Source: Histomonas meleagridis 2922-C6/04-290x | Lineage: Eukaryota; Protista; Parabasalia | Length of the DNA: 64,000 nucleotides | NCBI GenBank assembly: GCA_020184695.1 | Contig: JAANOX010000096.1 | Location: forward strand, 1 to 64,000 | Reading direction: 5' to 3' | In this document: in pieces, positions 55,756-64,000 of the stretch | Layout: the number at the start of each line of letters is the position of its first letter | How positions within the stretch are numbered: position 1 is the stretch's first letter | Program-made: the position numbers and the translations under genes | The notes under the pieces: generated by a model | What the model saw: only the letters and a program-made list of their open reading frames with translations | The model's database searches: none | Told to the model about the DNA's origin: nothing

Positions 55756-56349
55756 TTAACATTTGCATTTTTTACCATTCCCTCCATCGTCCTTTTTCGT
55801 AACGTCAACTGTAATTGGTTGCGCTGACGTGAGTATCTGGAAAACACATTCTGCTGCAGCGTTAAATAACGGTACAACTCCATTTTTCGTAGATGCCGAT
55901 GTTAGGAATAATGAATGTGCTTTATTGTTTTGTACCATTACATCAGAATCATTTAAAATTTCTGATCTTTGTTCTGACGTCAATAAATCCTCTTTTGTCA
56001 GAACAAGGAAAATTATGCACTCTGGTACTTGTTGGCGAACTCGTGAGATCCAACTTGGTATTGTGTCTTTGGAATCATAATCAAAACATATAAAAGCAAT
56101 ATCAGAATCACGATAAAACATTCCACCAATAGATTGAAATCTTTCTTGGCCTGCTGTATCCCAAATATGAAGTTCAACTTTAGATTGATCTGAGACTTCA
56201 ACAGTAGTACTACAAAATGCAGGAGCAACAGTAGGTTGTGTTTCAGTTTCATATGGTTGCTCAAAAAATGTATTTATCAGAGAAGTTTTGCCAACGCCGC
56301 TTGATCCTACTAAGATGATCTTTAGCGGCCTTCTTTCTTTTTCGTCCAT
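55756..56349 (-). CDS. Rab-family small GTPase
   Basis: GSSGVGKT, PTVA, WDTAGQERF, TKED, TSAS, C-terminal CKC. Confidence 0.92.
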   Translation of the reverse strand: MDEKERRPLKIILVGSSGVGKTSLINTFFEQPYETETQPTVAPAFCSTTVEVSDQSKVELHIWDTAGQERFQSIGGMFYRDSDIAFICFDYDSKDTIPSWISRVRQQVPECIIFLVLTKEDLLTSEQRSEILNDSDVMVQNNKAHSLFLTSASTKNGVVPLFNAAAECVFQILTSAQPITVDVTKKDDGGNGKKCKC

Positions 56350-56610
56350 TTGTTTGCACTTATTAACGGTTTTTAACATTGAAATTTTGAGCAATGAAAT
56401 TAATTAATTCAAAATTGTGAACAGTCAGATCATTTCCTTGTCAAAAATTGTTGTAAGATGGGTTCCAATTATAAAACACCTAAAAAAATAAGATTATATA
56501 TATATATCCAATAAGTGAACATATATCGTGATATTATACACAAAAATATCTGATCAAAATATATAACTTACTATAAATATAAAAAGATAATTTTTGATTT
56601 ATTTTCGTAT

Positions 56611-57140
56611 TCAGTCTGCTGAAGCATTTGCTTCAAATATTTCTTTGCCATAAACATAAAACATGCCACTGATTATGTATCCAACTTTTGCTTCTGGTAG
56701 ATTACCATCTTTAGCAAACAAGTCAAATTCGAATCCAAAACAATTAATAACTATATGTATGAATTTAGTTCCTATAATTGTATCCGTTTTAACTGAAGTT
56801 ATTTTCCCATTAATAATTGCACTTGGAATTTGTGAAAAAAAATCAGTTTTCCCGAAAAAGCAGGAGAACCAGCTTTTGAAGAAAGTAGTTCTGGCGCTAA
56901 TTTAAATTTGTTGTTGGCTTCAAATTCTCTTTCATCCTTATAAATATTTCCACATGGACCTAAAAGCAGAACAAGGTGGAAAGAAAGTATTTTGCCCACA
57001 GATGGGTCTTTTAGGTTAAACATTTGAACATAAAAAGGAAGTTCGGTTCGATCATTTTGAAACAAGAATTTAACAACAGCTTTATCATTTCTCAGATCAC
57101 TTTCCAAACTCAGAAGCTTTCGCTTATGAACCTTTGCCAT
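56611..57140 (-). CDS. Hypothetical protein with a single homopolymer frameshift, resembling an uncharacterised bacterial family
   Basis: ORF 57140-> joins SQIPSAIINGKITSVKTDTIIGTKFIHIVINCFGFEFDLFAKD..KVGYIISGMFYVYG* if one T is added to the T8 run (plus-strand A run 56835-56842). Confidence 0.5.
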
Positions 57141-57533
57141 ATCGAAAAATACAAAATAAATCTCCCATATGGGAAAAAAGAGATGTAAAAAGTTTCGTTG
57201 AAGTTTCCAAAAAAATTTATTTTCTCAAATTCTCAATGGTATATCATGTGTTTTAACTATAGTATATTTTTAAACATGCAATGCTCTCTATAGAGTTTGA
57301 AGCGTATGATTTGATTAAATTGTTTTAAAATTAATTATTCATTTTTCTCGTGAACAATGCAAGAAAAATAGTAAATAAATTTAACGCTAGAACCATATCT
57401 TATATACATATTTCCAAAATATTTTTCAAACATTATGCAAAATTCCATAACAAATTAATTCATATTCTTGCACAAACATAAAAGAGTTTTGTGTTATCTT
57501 TTTAAAAATATTTAAAAAATCTATATATAAATT

Positions 57534-59831
57534 TTATTCAATAGTTTCCTCGTTACTTATTTTATACAATTCATCTATAAATAGAGTTGCTTGTTCGTGT
57601 AAATCAGCATATTCCACTGCTTTTTCCAATATCCAAGTTACAGCGTTTGATTGTTCTTCGAAATCGATTAAACTTTCGAAATTTATTTTTGCTATACACG
57701 AAACCAAAGTAAAAGAAGAATCGATCACGTCAAAATAATCCAACACATTTCTATAAACGATATCCAACAACGAAAAAGCGATTTGAAGCACATCAACAAA
57801 ACCACAATTTAAAACGCATTTTGTTAAATCGATCCAATTTTCAATTTTTACTTCTATTACATTTACCGAATTTCTTAATTTCATATTTTCCACATTTAAT
57901 AACTCAGCAAAAAACGGCACAAATTCACACATTACTTCTGAATGATACTCAAAAAAAGAGACAAAAGTTATTATTATATTATCTAAATCATATTGGTCAT
58001 TTAATTTGTTGATCATCTCGAACAATTTCTTTGTAACTTGATGAACAAAAGGACGAAAATATATTGAGCAAGAAAGTAATGAATAACAAGACAACAAAGT
58101 TCTTAAATCATTACTATCATTAACAATAAAATTTTCCAAAATTATAACAATTTGATTCATATAATTTTGGATTTCGATGTTATAATATTTTGCTAATGAA
58201 CAAATTGGTAATAAACAATAACTTTGTATATTCTTGATATATAAATTATATATAACTGGTAAATATTCAATTGCCGAAATTGTAACTTTCGATAAAATCA
58301 AATTCATTAACTCAAATATTTCATCTTGAAATGTTAACAACAAATGATTAACAAATGATTCTTCCATTAATTTAATTGTTGGTTCGATTAATATATGAAC
58401 TATACCAATATTATCAATATGCTGAACAATATTAAAAAATGAATCAAATGAAACAGAAACAATTAAAAAATTAGTCGAATGAAACATAATATAAAATATT
58501 GGAAATATTTCATTATAAGGAAATCCTTCAACAATTGATAACTTAGAAAGAATTCGTAACGAAAGAATAACATTAAATGGATGATCATTTTCTAAGATAG
58601 ATATAAATTGTGGAATGAATTTAAGTAAATGATTCGAATATTCTTCTTTCTTACTTATGGATGATATTGTACTTAACGCTAAATTTCGAATTCGAACGTT
58701 AGAATTATTAATACAATTTTGCAAAAATGTGATTACAAATTCGATAGGTGGTAATTTATCAGATAATTTTAATAATATATGTAATAAAATTATTGATATT
58801 TCTAAAAAAGTAGAATTGTTACTTTGTGAATAATTGGAAATTAATGGTAAAAAAATTGTCGATGAATGATCTGGAAATGCTTGTGAAAATACAAATAATA
58901 ATGAAATAGAAGCAAGATGTGGATTCCAATCTTCAGGTGAATTAGGTTCTGTAGAAGGGATAACAGAAAGAATTCGTAATATATGTGGAAAAAAAGTGTC
59001 AAAAACTGTAAAGTTTAGAAAAAATTGATTTGTTTTGATTTGGCGGTTTACGATCGATTTAGTGAGTCGAAGAGATGTAATAAGTAGTTCCTCATTGTCA
59101 GATGTTGCTAGGATGTCCTTGGTTATCGAAAGTAATAAGAGTATGACTGGTTTAATAAAAGGAAATGAAACTCGTGAAAAGCGATGCCAAACATTTAAAC
59201 ATTGAATTTGAAAATTTGGATGTGTGGTAAGTTGAAGAAGACATTCAAGAAAAGATTGCCTCTCTTCAATGGGAACTGCTTCAATAATATTTTCAGACAT
59301 ATTTTGCAACGTGAGTAAAATATCAGATGTGAAATTTGGATTTAAGAGATATTGAATTAATGTATGGAATAAAAATAATGACTGCGTTTTGTTTAACATT
59401 GTAGATTGAAGCATTATACTAAATGATGTTAATAAATTATGCAGAAAAAAATCATTTTTTTCTGATGTGATTTTCCATATTTCTTCAATTGCTTGAGGAT
59501 AAATATTACTCCTAACTAAAACTCCTAAAACCATACCAAGTAAAATGGAGGCTGCTCTAGATAAATTATTGATACCAAGATCCATATATAAAATACAATC
59601 ATTAATTATTCCTTTACAAAATTCAATATTATGAAATCCTTTTTCAACTTCTTGATATAAAAGAATAAATGCATGATTGATTGCTAATGAATCTTTTTTT
59701 CTTCTAATAACATCGACCAATTGATTTAAATACTGTTCATAGTTTTCGCTTTTGAGTTTGGTAATGAAATTCATTGCTTCATCTCTAATAGAATTTTCAT
59801 TACATGAGAGTCTGTTCAGCACTGGCTCCAT
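57534..59831 (-). CDS. Importin-beta/karyopherin-like HEAT-repeat protein
   Basis: N-terminal SIRDEAMNFI..NYEQYLNQL, EDWNPHLASISLL (cf. importin-beta W.P..AA..CL), RIRNLALSTISSI. Confidence 0.65.
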   Translation of the reverse strand: MEPVLNRLSCNENSIRDEAMNFITKLKSENYEQYLNQLVDVIRRKKDSLAINHAFILLYQEVEKGFHNIEFCKGIINDCILYMDLGINNLSRAASILLGMVLGVLVRSNIYPQAIEEIWKITSEKNDFFLHNLLTSFSIMLQSTMLNKTQSLFLFHTLIQYLLNPNFTSDILLTLQNMSENIIEAVPIEERQSFLECLLQLTTHPNFQIQCLNVWHRFSRVSFPFIKPVILLLLSITKDILATSDNEELLITSLRLTKSIVNRQIKTNQFFLNFTVFDTFFPHILRILSVIPSTEPNSPEDWNPHLASISLLFVFSQAFPDHSSTIFLPLISNYSQSNNSTFLEISIILLHILLKLSDKLPPIEFVITFLQNCINNSNVRIRNLALSTISSISKKEEYSNHLLKFIPQFISILENDHPFNVILSLRILSKLSIVEGFPYNEIFPIFYIMFHSTNFLIVSVSFDSFFNIVQHIDNIGIVHILIEPTIKLMEESFVNHLLLTFQDEIFELMNLILSKVTISAIEYLPVIYNLYIKNIQSYCLLPICSLAKYYNIEIQNYMNQIVIILENFIVNDSNDLRTLLSCYSLLSCSIYFRPFVHQVTKKLFEMINKLNDQYDLDNIIITFVSFFEYHSEVMCEFVPFFAELLNVENMKLRNSVNVIEVKIENWIDLTKCVLNCGFVDVLQIAFSLLDIVYRNVLDYFDVIDSSFTLVSCIAKINFESLIDFEEQSNAVTWILEKAVEYADLHEQATLFIDELYKISNEETIE

Positions 59832-60124
59832 CCATGCAAGGAACCTTGAAGACCGTTAATGAGTTAATAACTTGCAATAATGTATATCGGTTTTCCGATC
59901 GTTTCCTCACAATTTTCAGAATAGCCGAAAGACGTCTTTCGGATTTAAAAAAAAATCAAATAAAATATTTTTAATTATAAATTTTTTGTTATTTAAATGA
60001 GTTTAAATATCTATAAATTTGTTGATCTGATTTGAGATGTATATATGCATTAATAATTGTACTAGATTTAGTTGCAAAAAATTGCCAGTTTTCAAAAAAA
60101 TGCCAGGCTCAAAGTTGTTGAGTC

Positions 60125-62782
60125 ATGGAGACAACAAGAGGAATTAAAGACGAGAAAGGAAAAACAATAAAATTTGAAGTAATTCCTGAGGCCTTTTATG
60201 CAGCTGTAATGAAGGCAAAAGGAAAACCAGTTGTTTTTGTTACTATTTTTGGTTCATATCAAAATGGAAAATCAACAACTATAAAATTACTTACAAGAGA
60301 CGAAAGAATTAGAATAGGAAATGGAGTGGCCGAAAGCACAACAGGTGCCTTTATGTATGGACCAATTTCTTTTAATGATTTTCGGAAACGATTTGGTAAA
60401 GAAAGCGTAGAAGGCGATGAAACACAAATTTTTTTCATTGATACCGAAGGTAGTGATGGTTTTACGTCAGGTTCTGGAAATACTGAAGTTAATCGACTTC
60501 TTATTATCCAACTTATTGCACCATATGCCTCTATTAGCAATGTCCTCATTTCAATGTTTCCTGCGAATGTTACTATTGATTCTGCAACAACTATTAAAGA
60601 AATAATTGATATTGTAAATCGGATTCGCAAAGGTTTACCCGCCGACAAAGTTCGGACGCACTTAATTTCTTTAATATCAAACTTTGCTGGGTATAAACCT
60701 TCTAAATTTGATAAATTCCAAAACAAATGCATGAAAGAAATAATTAAAAAAAAGCTCAAATTCCAAGATCTTGGAATCAACGAAGCAATTCCACTTTCTC
60801 AATATGACATTAACAAAAGTCCATATGAACAAGATGCTGTTTTTAATGAAGGATTTAAAATATTTGCTCAACATGTAATACAGCATATCGAAGCATCGCA
60901 AAAAGATTTTAAACTAGAAGCCGAAGATTCATTTCAAATGTTCCAAAAATTAGCTAATCTAACTGAAGAACAACAAATTACACAAATCATTGATGAGTTA
61001 TATCGCCAAGAATTCCAAAAAGGCGTCGAAACAAAATGTTCACAAATAGTTGATCAAATTATTAATGAAAAAATCGAAGATTTGCAAAAATTAATTTCTG
61101 ATATTCAAGATAAACTTAACAAAGAATTAAATGTTGAGTTACCTAAACTTAATGAAAATGAAATTAATAATGAGTTATTCCAAAAACTTGATAAAGCACT
61201 TGATCCCGAAGATAAAACATTAAATATATATCCAAAATTCAAGCTAAAAATTGTTGAATCGATTTCAAAAAAATTTCAAGAAATTAATAACATTTATAAT
61301 TCAGTTAAAAATCAACAAATTAAATTTGTTAAACAAAGAATTTTCAAATTATTTAATGACAAAAATGATCAATTAGAAGCGAAAATCGATGATAGTGATT
61401 CGAATAAGATATTAAACACAATTAATTTCAATGAAATTAAAGATGAAATTGATGAATATGTACATAATTTTTATCAAGAAAAAAATATTCATTTAAATGA
61501 TATTGAACAATTAAACATTAATGATTTCATTGACGAACATATGAACATCTTAAAGAATAATATTGAACAATATGTAAATGAAAAAATCGAGAAAAATATT
61601 CAAGAAAAACTAAAAGAAACTGAAGAAAGAATTGAATTAATTGTTTCAACTGTTGTTAAACATTTAGCAAATGAAATTAAAAGTTATAATATTAATCAAT
61701 TAAATGAAATAACACCAAAGTTAAAAGACAAAATATATAATAATTGTTTACAATATTTGGAAGAAATGCCAAATAAGAAAATAAGAAAAATTATTAATGA
61801 TAAAATAGTTAAAAATTTAAGTGAATTAAATACAATAATTGCAGAAGAAAAAGCTGAAAGAATTAAAACATTTAATGAAAATGTTAAAAATAAATATAAC
61901 GATATCATTGGACTTATAAAACAAAAAGAAAATGAATCCGAAAATATTATTAATAGTAAAAATGATATTTATAATTTAGATGAAATCATTAATTTAAGTA
62001 ATATTAATAATATCGAATCCGAAATTAATAACGCATTAATAAACAACGAAAAATATATCGATGAACACGCAAAAGAATCCATTAAAACAGAAATTAAAAA
62101 CTTGAAATCTAATATTAATAATATTGCAAAAGATAAACTCAAAAAAAATATAAATAAATATATCGATGAAAACATTCAAGTTGTTGTACAAACAGAATTA
62201 AATAACATACAAAACTCAATACAAAATAATAAAATACCAACAGATATACAAAATGAATTATTAGAAAGATGTGTAAATTCATTTATAGATAAAAGTCGAA
62301 ATGTTTTTCCAATTGATGAAAAGTTAAAACAAATAATAAATAACAAAGTTTTAAACGCTTTAGTAAACTCATCACAGTTTACTAATTTACCAGATTTGAT
62401 AAGTCATCAACAAACAACAGCTCGAAAACAAGAAATTCAAAATGCTAAAAATAGTATTAATTCTATATTAACAATTGAGAAAATGAGCGCTAAAATTAAG
62501 ATGCAAAATAGTAAATCATGTGAATTCAGTGGCGTCTTCCCAAGTAATATCCAATCGACTTTAAGTAATAAATGTAATGGAATTCTTTCCCAAATTAATG
62601 AAGAAAATATAAAATCTGAAATCGAAGCGTATATCAAAAATGAAATATCTAATTGTGTTACTGAATTATCTGATGAAGCGAAAATAATATCGAGAAAAAA
62701 TAAGAAAGAGAAGGAAAAGTTCGAAAAAGAAATGTTAAGTTTTCTTAAAGATTCTGCTAAGGCCATCTCAAAAATTAAATAA
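60125..62782 (+). CDS. GBP/atlastin (dynamin-superfamily) large GTPase with a long helical/coiled-coil tail
   Basis: VTIFGSYQNGKST (G1), ESTTGAFMY (cf. GBP T.GIWMW), FFIDTEG (G3), followed by about 600 aa of N/I/K-rich helical region. Confidence 0.8.
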   Translation: METTRGIKDEKGKTIKFEVIPEAFYAAVMKAKGKPVVFVTIFGSYQNGKSTTIKLLTRDERIRIGNGVAESTTGAFMYGPISFNDFRKRFGKESVEGDETQIFFIDTEGSDGFTSGSGNTEVNRLLIIQLIAPYASISNVLISMFPANVTIDSATTIKEIIDIVNRIRKGLPADKVRTHLISLISNFAGYKPSKFDKFQNKCMKEIIKKKLKFQDLGINEAIPLSQYDINKSPYEQDAVFNEGFKIFAQHVIQHIEASQKDFKLEAEDSFQMFQKLANLTEEQQITQIIDELYRQEFQKGVETKCSQIVDQIINEKIEDLQKLISDIQDKLNKELNVELPKLNENEINNELFQKLDKALDPEDKTLNIYPKFKLKIVESISKKFQEINNIYNSVKNQQIKFVKQRIFKLFNDKNDQLEAKIDDSDSNKILNTINFNEIKDEIDEYVHNFYQEKNIHLNDIEQLNINDFIDEHMNILKNNIEQYVNEKIEKNIQEKLKETEERIELIVSTVVKHLANEIKSYNINQLNEITPKLKDKIYNNCLQYLEEMPNKKIRKIINDKIVKNLSELNTIIAEEKAERIKTFNENVKNKYNDIIGLIKQKENESENIINSKNDIYNLDEIINLSNINNIESEINNALINNEKYIDEHAKESIKTEIKNLKSNINNIAKDKLKKNINKYIDENIQVVVQTELNNIQNSIQNNKIPTDIQNELLERCVNSFIDKSRNVFPIDEKLKQIINNKVLNALVNSSQFTNLPDLISHQQTTARKQEIQNAKNSINSILTIEKMSAKIKMQNSKSCEFSGVFPSNIQSTLSNKCNGILSQINEENIKSEIEAYIKNEISNCVTELSDEAKIISRKNKKEKEKFEKEMLSFLKDSAKAISKIK

Positions 62783-63097
62783 TGAAATTATTTAATTATT
62801 TTTTTTTTAATTTTAAGTGAATTAAATGAAAATTAAATCATTTACTGTTTGCGATTCTTTTGACATAAGAAAGAGTTTTATGTGTGATAAATATAATGAA
62901 AATTCAGGTTCTATTTAGATATGAATATTGTGAGTAAATAGTACATAAGAAATTGTTATTTAAATAAGAACTTATTCATGAAAAAATAAGTAACGTGGTA
63001 TTGCTTAAAGCAGACACTAATCTTTCATTAATTGTTACAAATTCGCAAATTTTAAAATTGTTGTATAAAAAACAAATAATTCTAAAACATTCATATT

Positions 63098-63733
63098 TTA
63101 TGACGTGGGTAACTTATGCCTACAGCTTGGACATTCTGAGTGCAACTGAAGCCAAGGGTCAAGACAGTTTTTATGGAATGGATGGCCACATTCGAGTAAA
63201 AGAATTTCTTCTCCTTCATTAAGTTGTTCTAAACAAATTAAACATGAATCTTCACTACATTTATCTTTTGAAAAAGGAACTGTGTGCAATGATTGAACAT
63301 ATTTCTTGTCAGCTGGTGGAGAACCTAAAGCTTGACGATCCATATTGAATAAATGTTCTGCAAGTGCTCTAACTTGATCTTCTCCTCCAAGAACATAATC
63401 ACCCATTTGATTTGGCATTCCTCCATGCCCAATTCGGGCTTGAAAATGTGAACCTTCTCGAGCTTGTTGCATAATTGATCGAAGAAATTGTAATAAATTG
63501 TTTCCTTGTAGATCCATCATGTTCATTCCCATAGAAACACCACTACGGACAAAATCACCATGATAAACTGTTACTGGTGAGACAACAATATTCATTTCTC
63601 GAACTGGTGAATCTAGTTGCCCTTCTTCTAATAAAATAGAATTCTCGAATTCAACAAAGCTGCCTTTACAATCGCCACATTTGAATGTACCATCATTTGC
63701 AACAAGTTTTTTGCACTTGTAACACCAAAGCAT
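63098..63733 (-). CDS. RING-H2 E3 ubiquitin ligase, RNF126/RNF115-like
   Basis: N-terminal WCYKC..CGDCKGSFVE zinc finger, GDYVLG, GSPPA, CLICLE..LECGHPFHKNCLDPWL..CPSCR. Confidence 0.9.
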   Translation of the reverse strand: MLWCYKCKKLVANDGTFKCGDCKGSFVEFENSILLEEGQLDSPVREMNIVVSPVTVYHGDFVRSGVSMGMNMMDLQGNNLLQFLRSIMQQAREGSHFQARIGHGGMPNQMGDYVLGGEDQVRALAEHLFNMDRQALGSPPADKKYVQSLHTVPFSKDKCSEDSCLICLEQLNEGEEILLLECGHPFHKNCLDPWLQLHSECPSCRHKLPTS

Positions 63734-64000
63734 ATAACCAAACGATTAAAATGCGTTCAATTCCAAAAACCAAAAGAACGATAGTATCATGGCTATTCAT
63801 TTATCGTCAGTTCGGCACTTTTTTAAGTTTAAAGCCCACCTCAAAACCGTTTACTCTTTACATTCACCTGCACAAGATGAAAGTCCAAAAAAACAAGACA
63901 TTCAGTGAAGATTTTATAGAAGCTATTACATTATTTTCTGATCCTAATTTTTCTAAAGAGGCTGAGTGTTCAATTTATGAATTTCCATATATTCCAATTG

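Noticed and set aside
63878-64000. Possible CDS start MKVQKNKTFSEDF running off the window
   Set aside because: Only about 40 codons are visible and cannot be evaluated.
1-64000. tRNA, rRNA or snRNA genes
   Set aside because: No cloverleaf or rRNA-like segment was recognised by eye; a covariance-model search would be needed.

Overview
AT-rich eukaryotic genomic DNA, almost certainly from a parabasalid (Tritrichomonas/Histomonas/Trichomonas-like). The evidence is TCAYT Inr elements just before ATGs, nearly intronless genes, DUF3447-type ankyrin genes, BspA LRR genes and a G6PD::6PGL fusion. Housekeeping genes (Fcf2, CYFIP/Sra1, uL2/RPL8, PP2A-B56, MND1, G6PD-6PGL, 6PGD, CTU1, two Rabs, Bub1/Mad3, UTP4, importin-beta-like, GBP/atlastin-like GTPase, RNF126-like RING) are interspersed with mobile-element relics (SF3/D5-like helicase element, MULE, a TA-flanked MITE, a P-like fragment). 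The standout is the ankyrin genes (3.3-5.3 kb, 33.0-36.0 kb, 41.5-43.9 kb, plus fragments), which look like broken pseudogenes. In each repeat, the four-residue D-x-x-G-x-TAL linker is split into four single codons, each preceded by a 17-nt AT-rich element with no GT-AG ends (80 nt = 4x17 + 4x3). Removing all 43 elements from the 33-36 kb gene gives a stop-free 753-aa ankyrin protein with consensus linkers. Two repeats have lost one element precisely. This suggests an apparently undescribed system of ultra-short non-canonical intervening sequences and 3-nt microexons at the variable binding positions of ankyrin repeats. The mechanism is untested.
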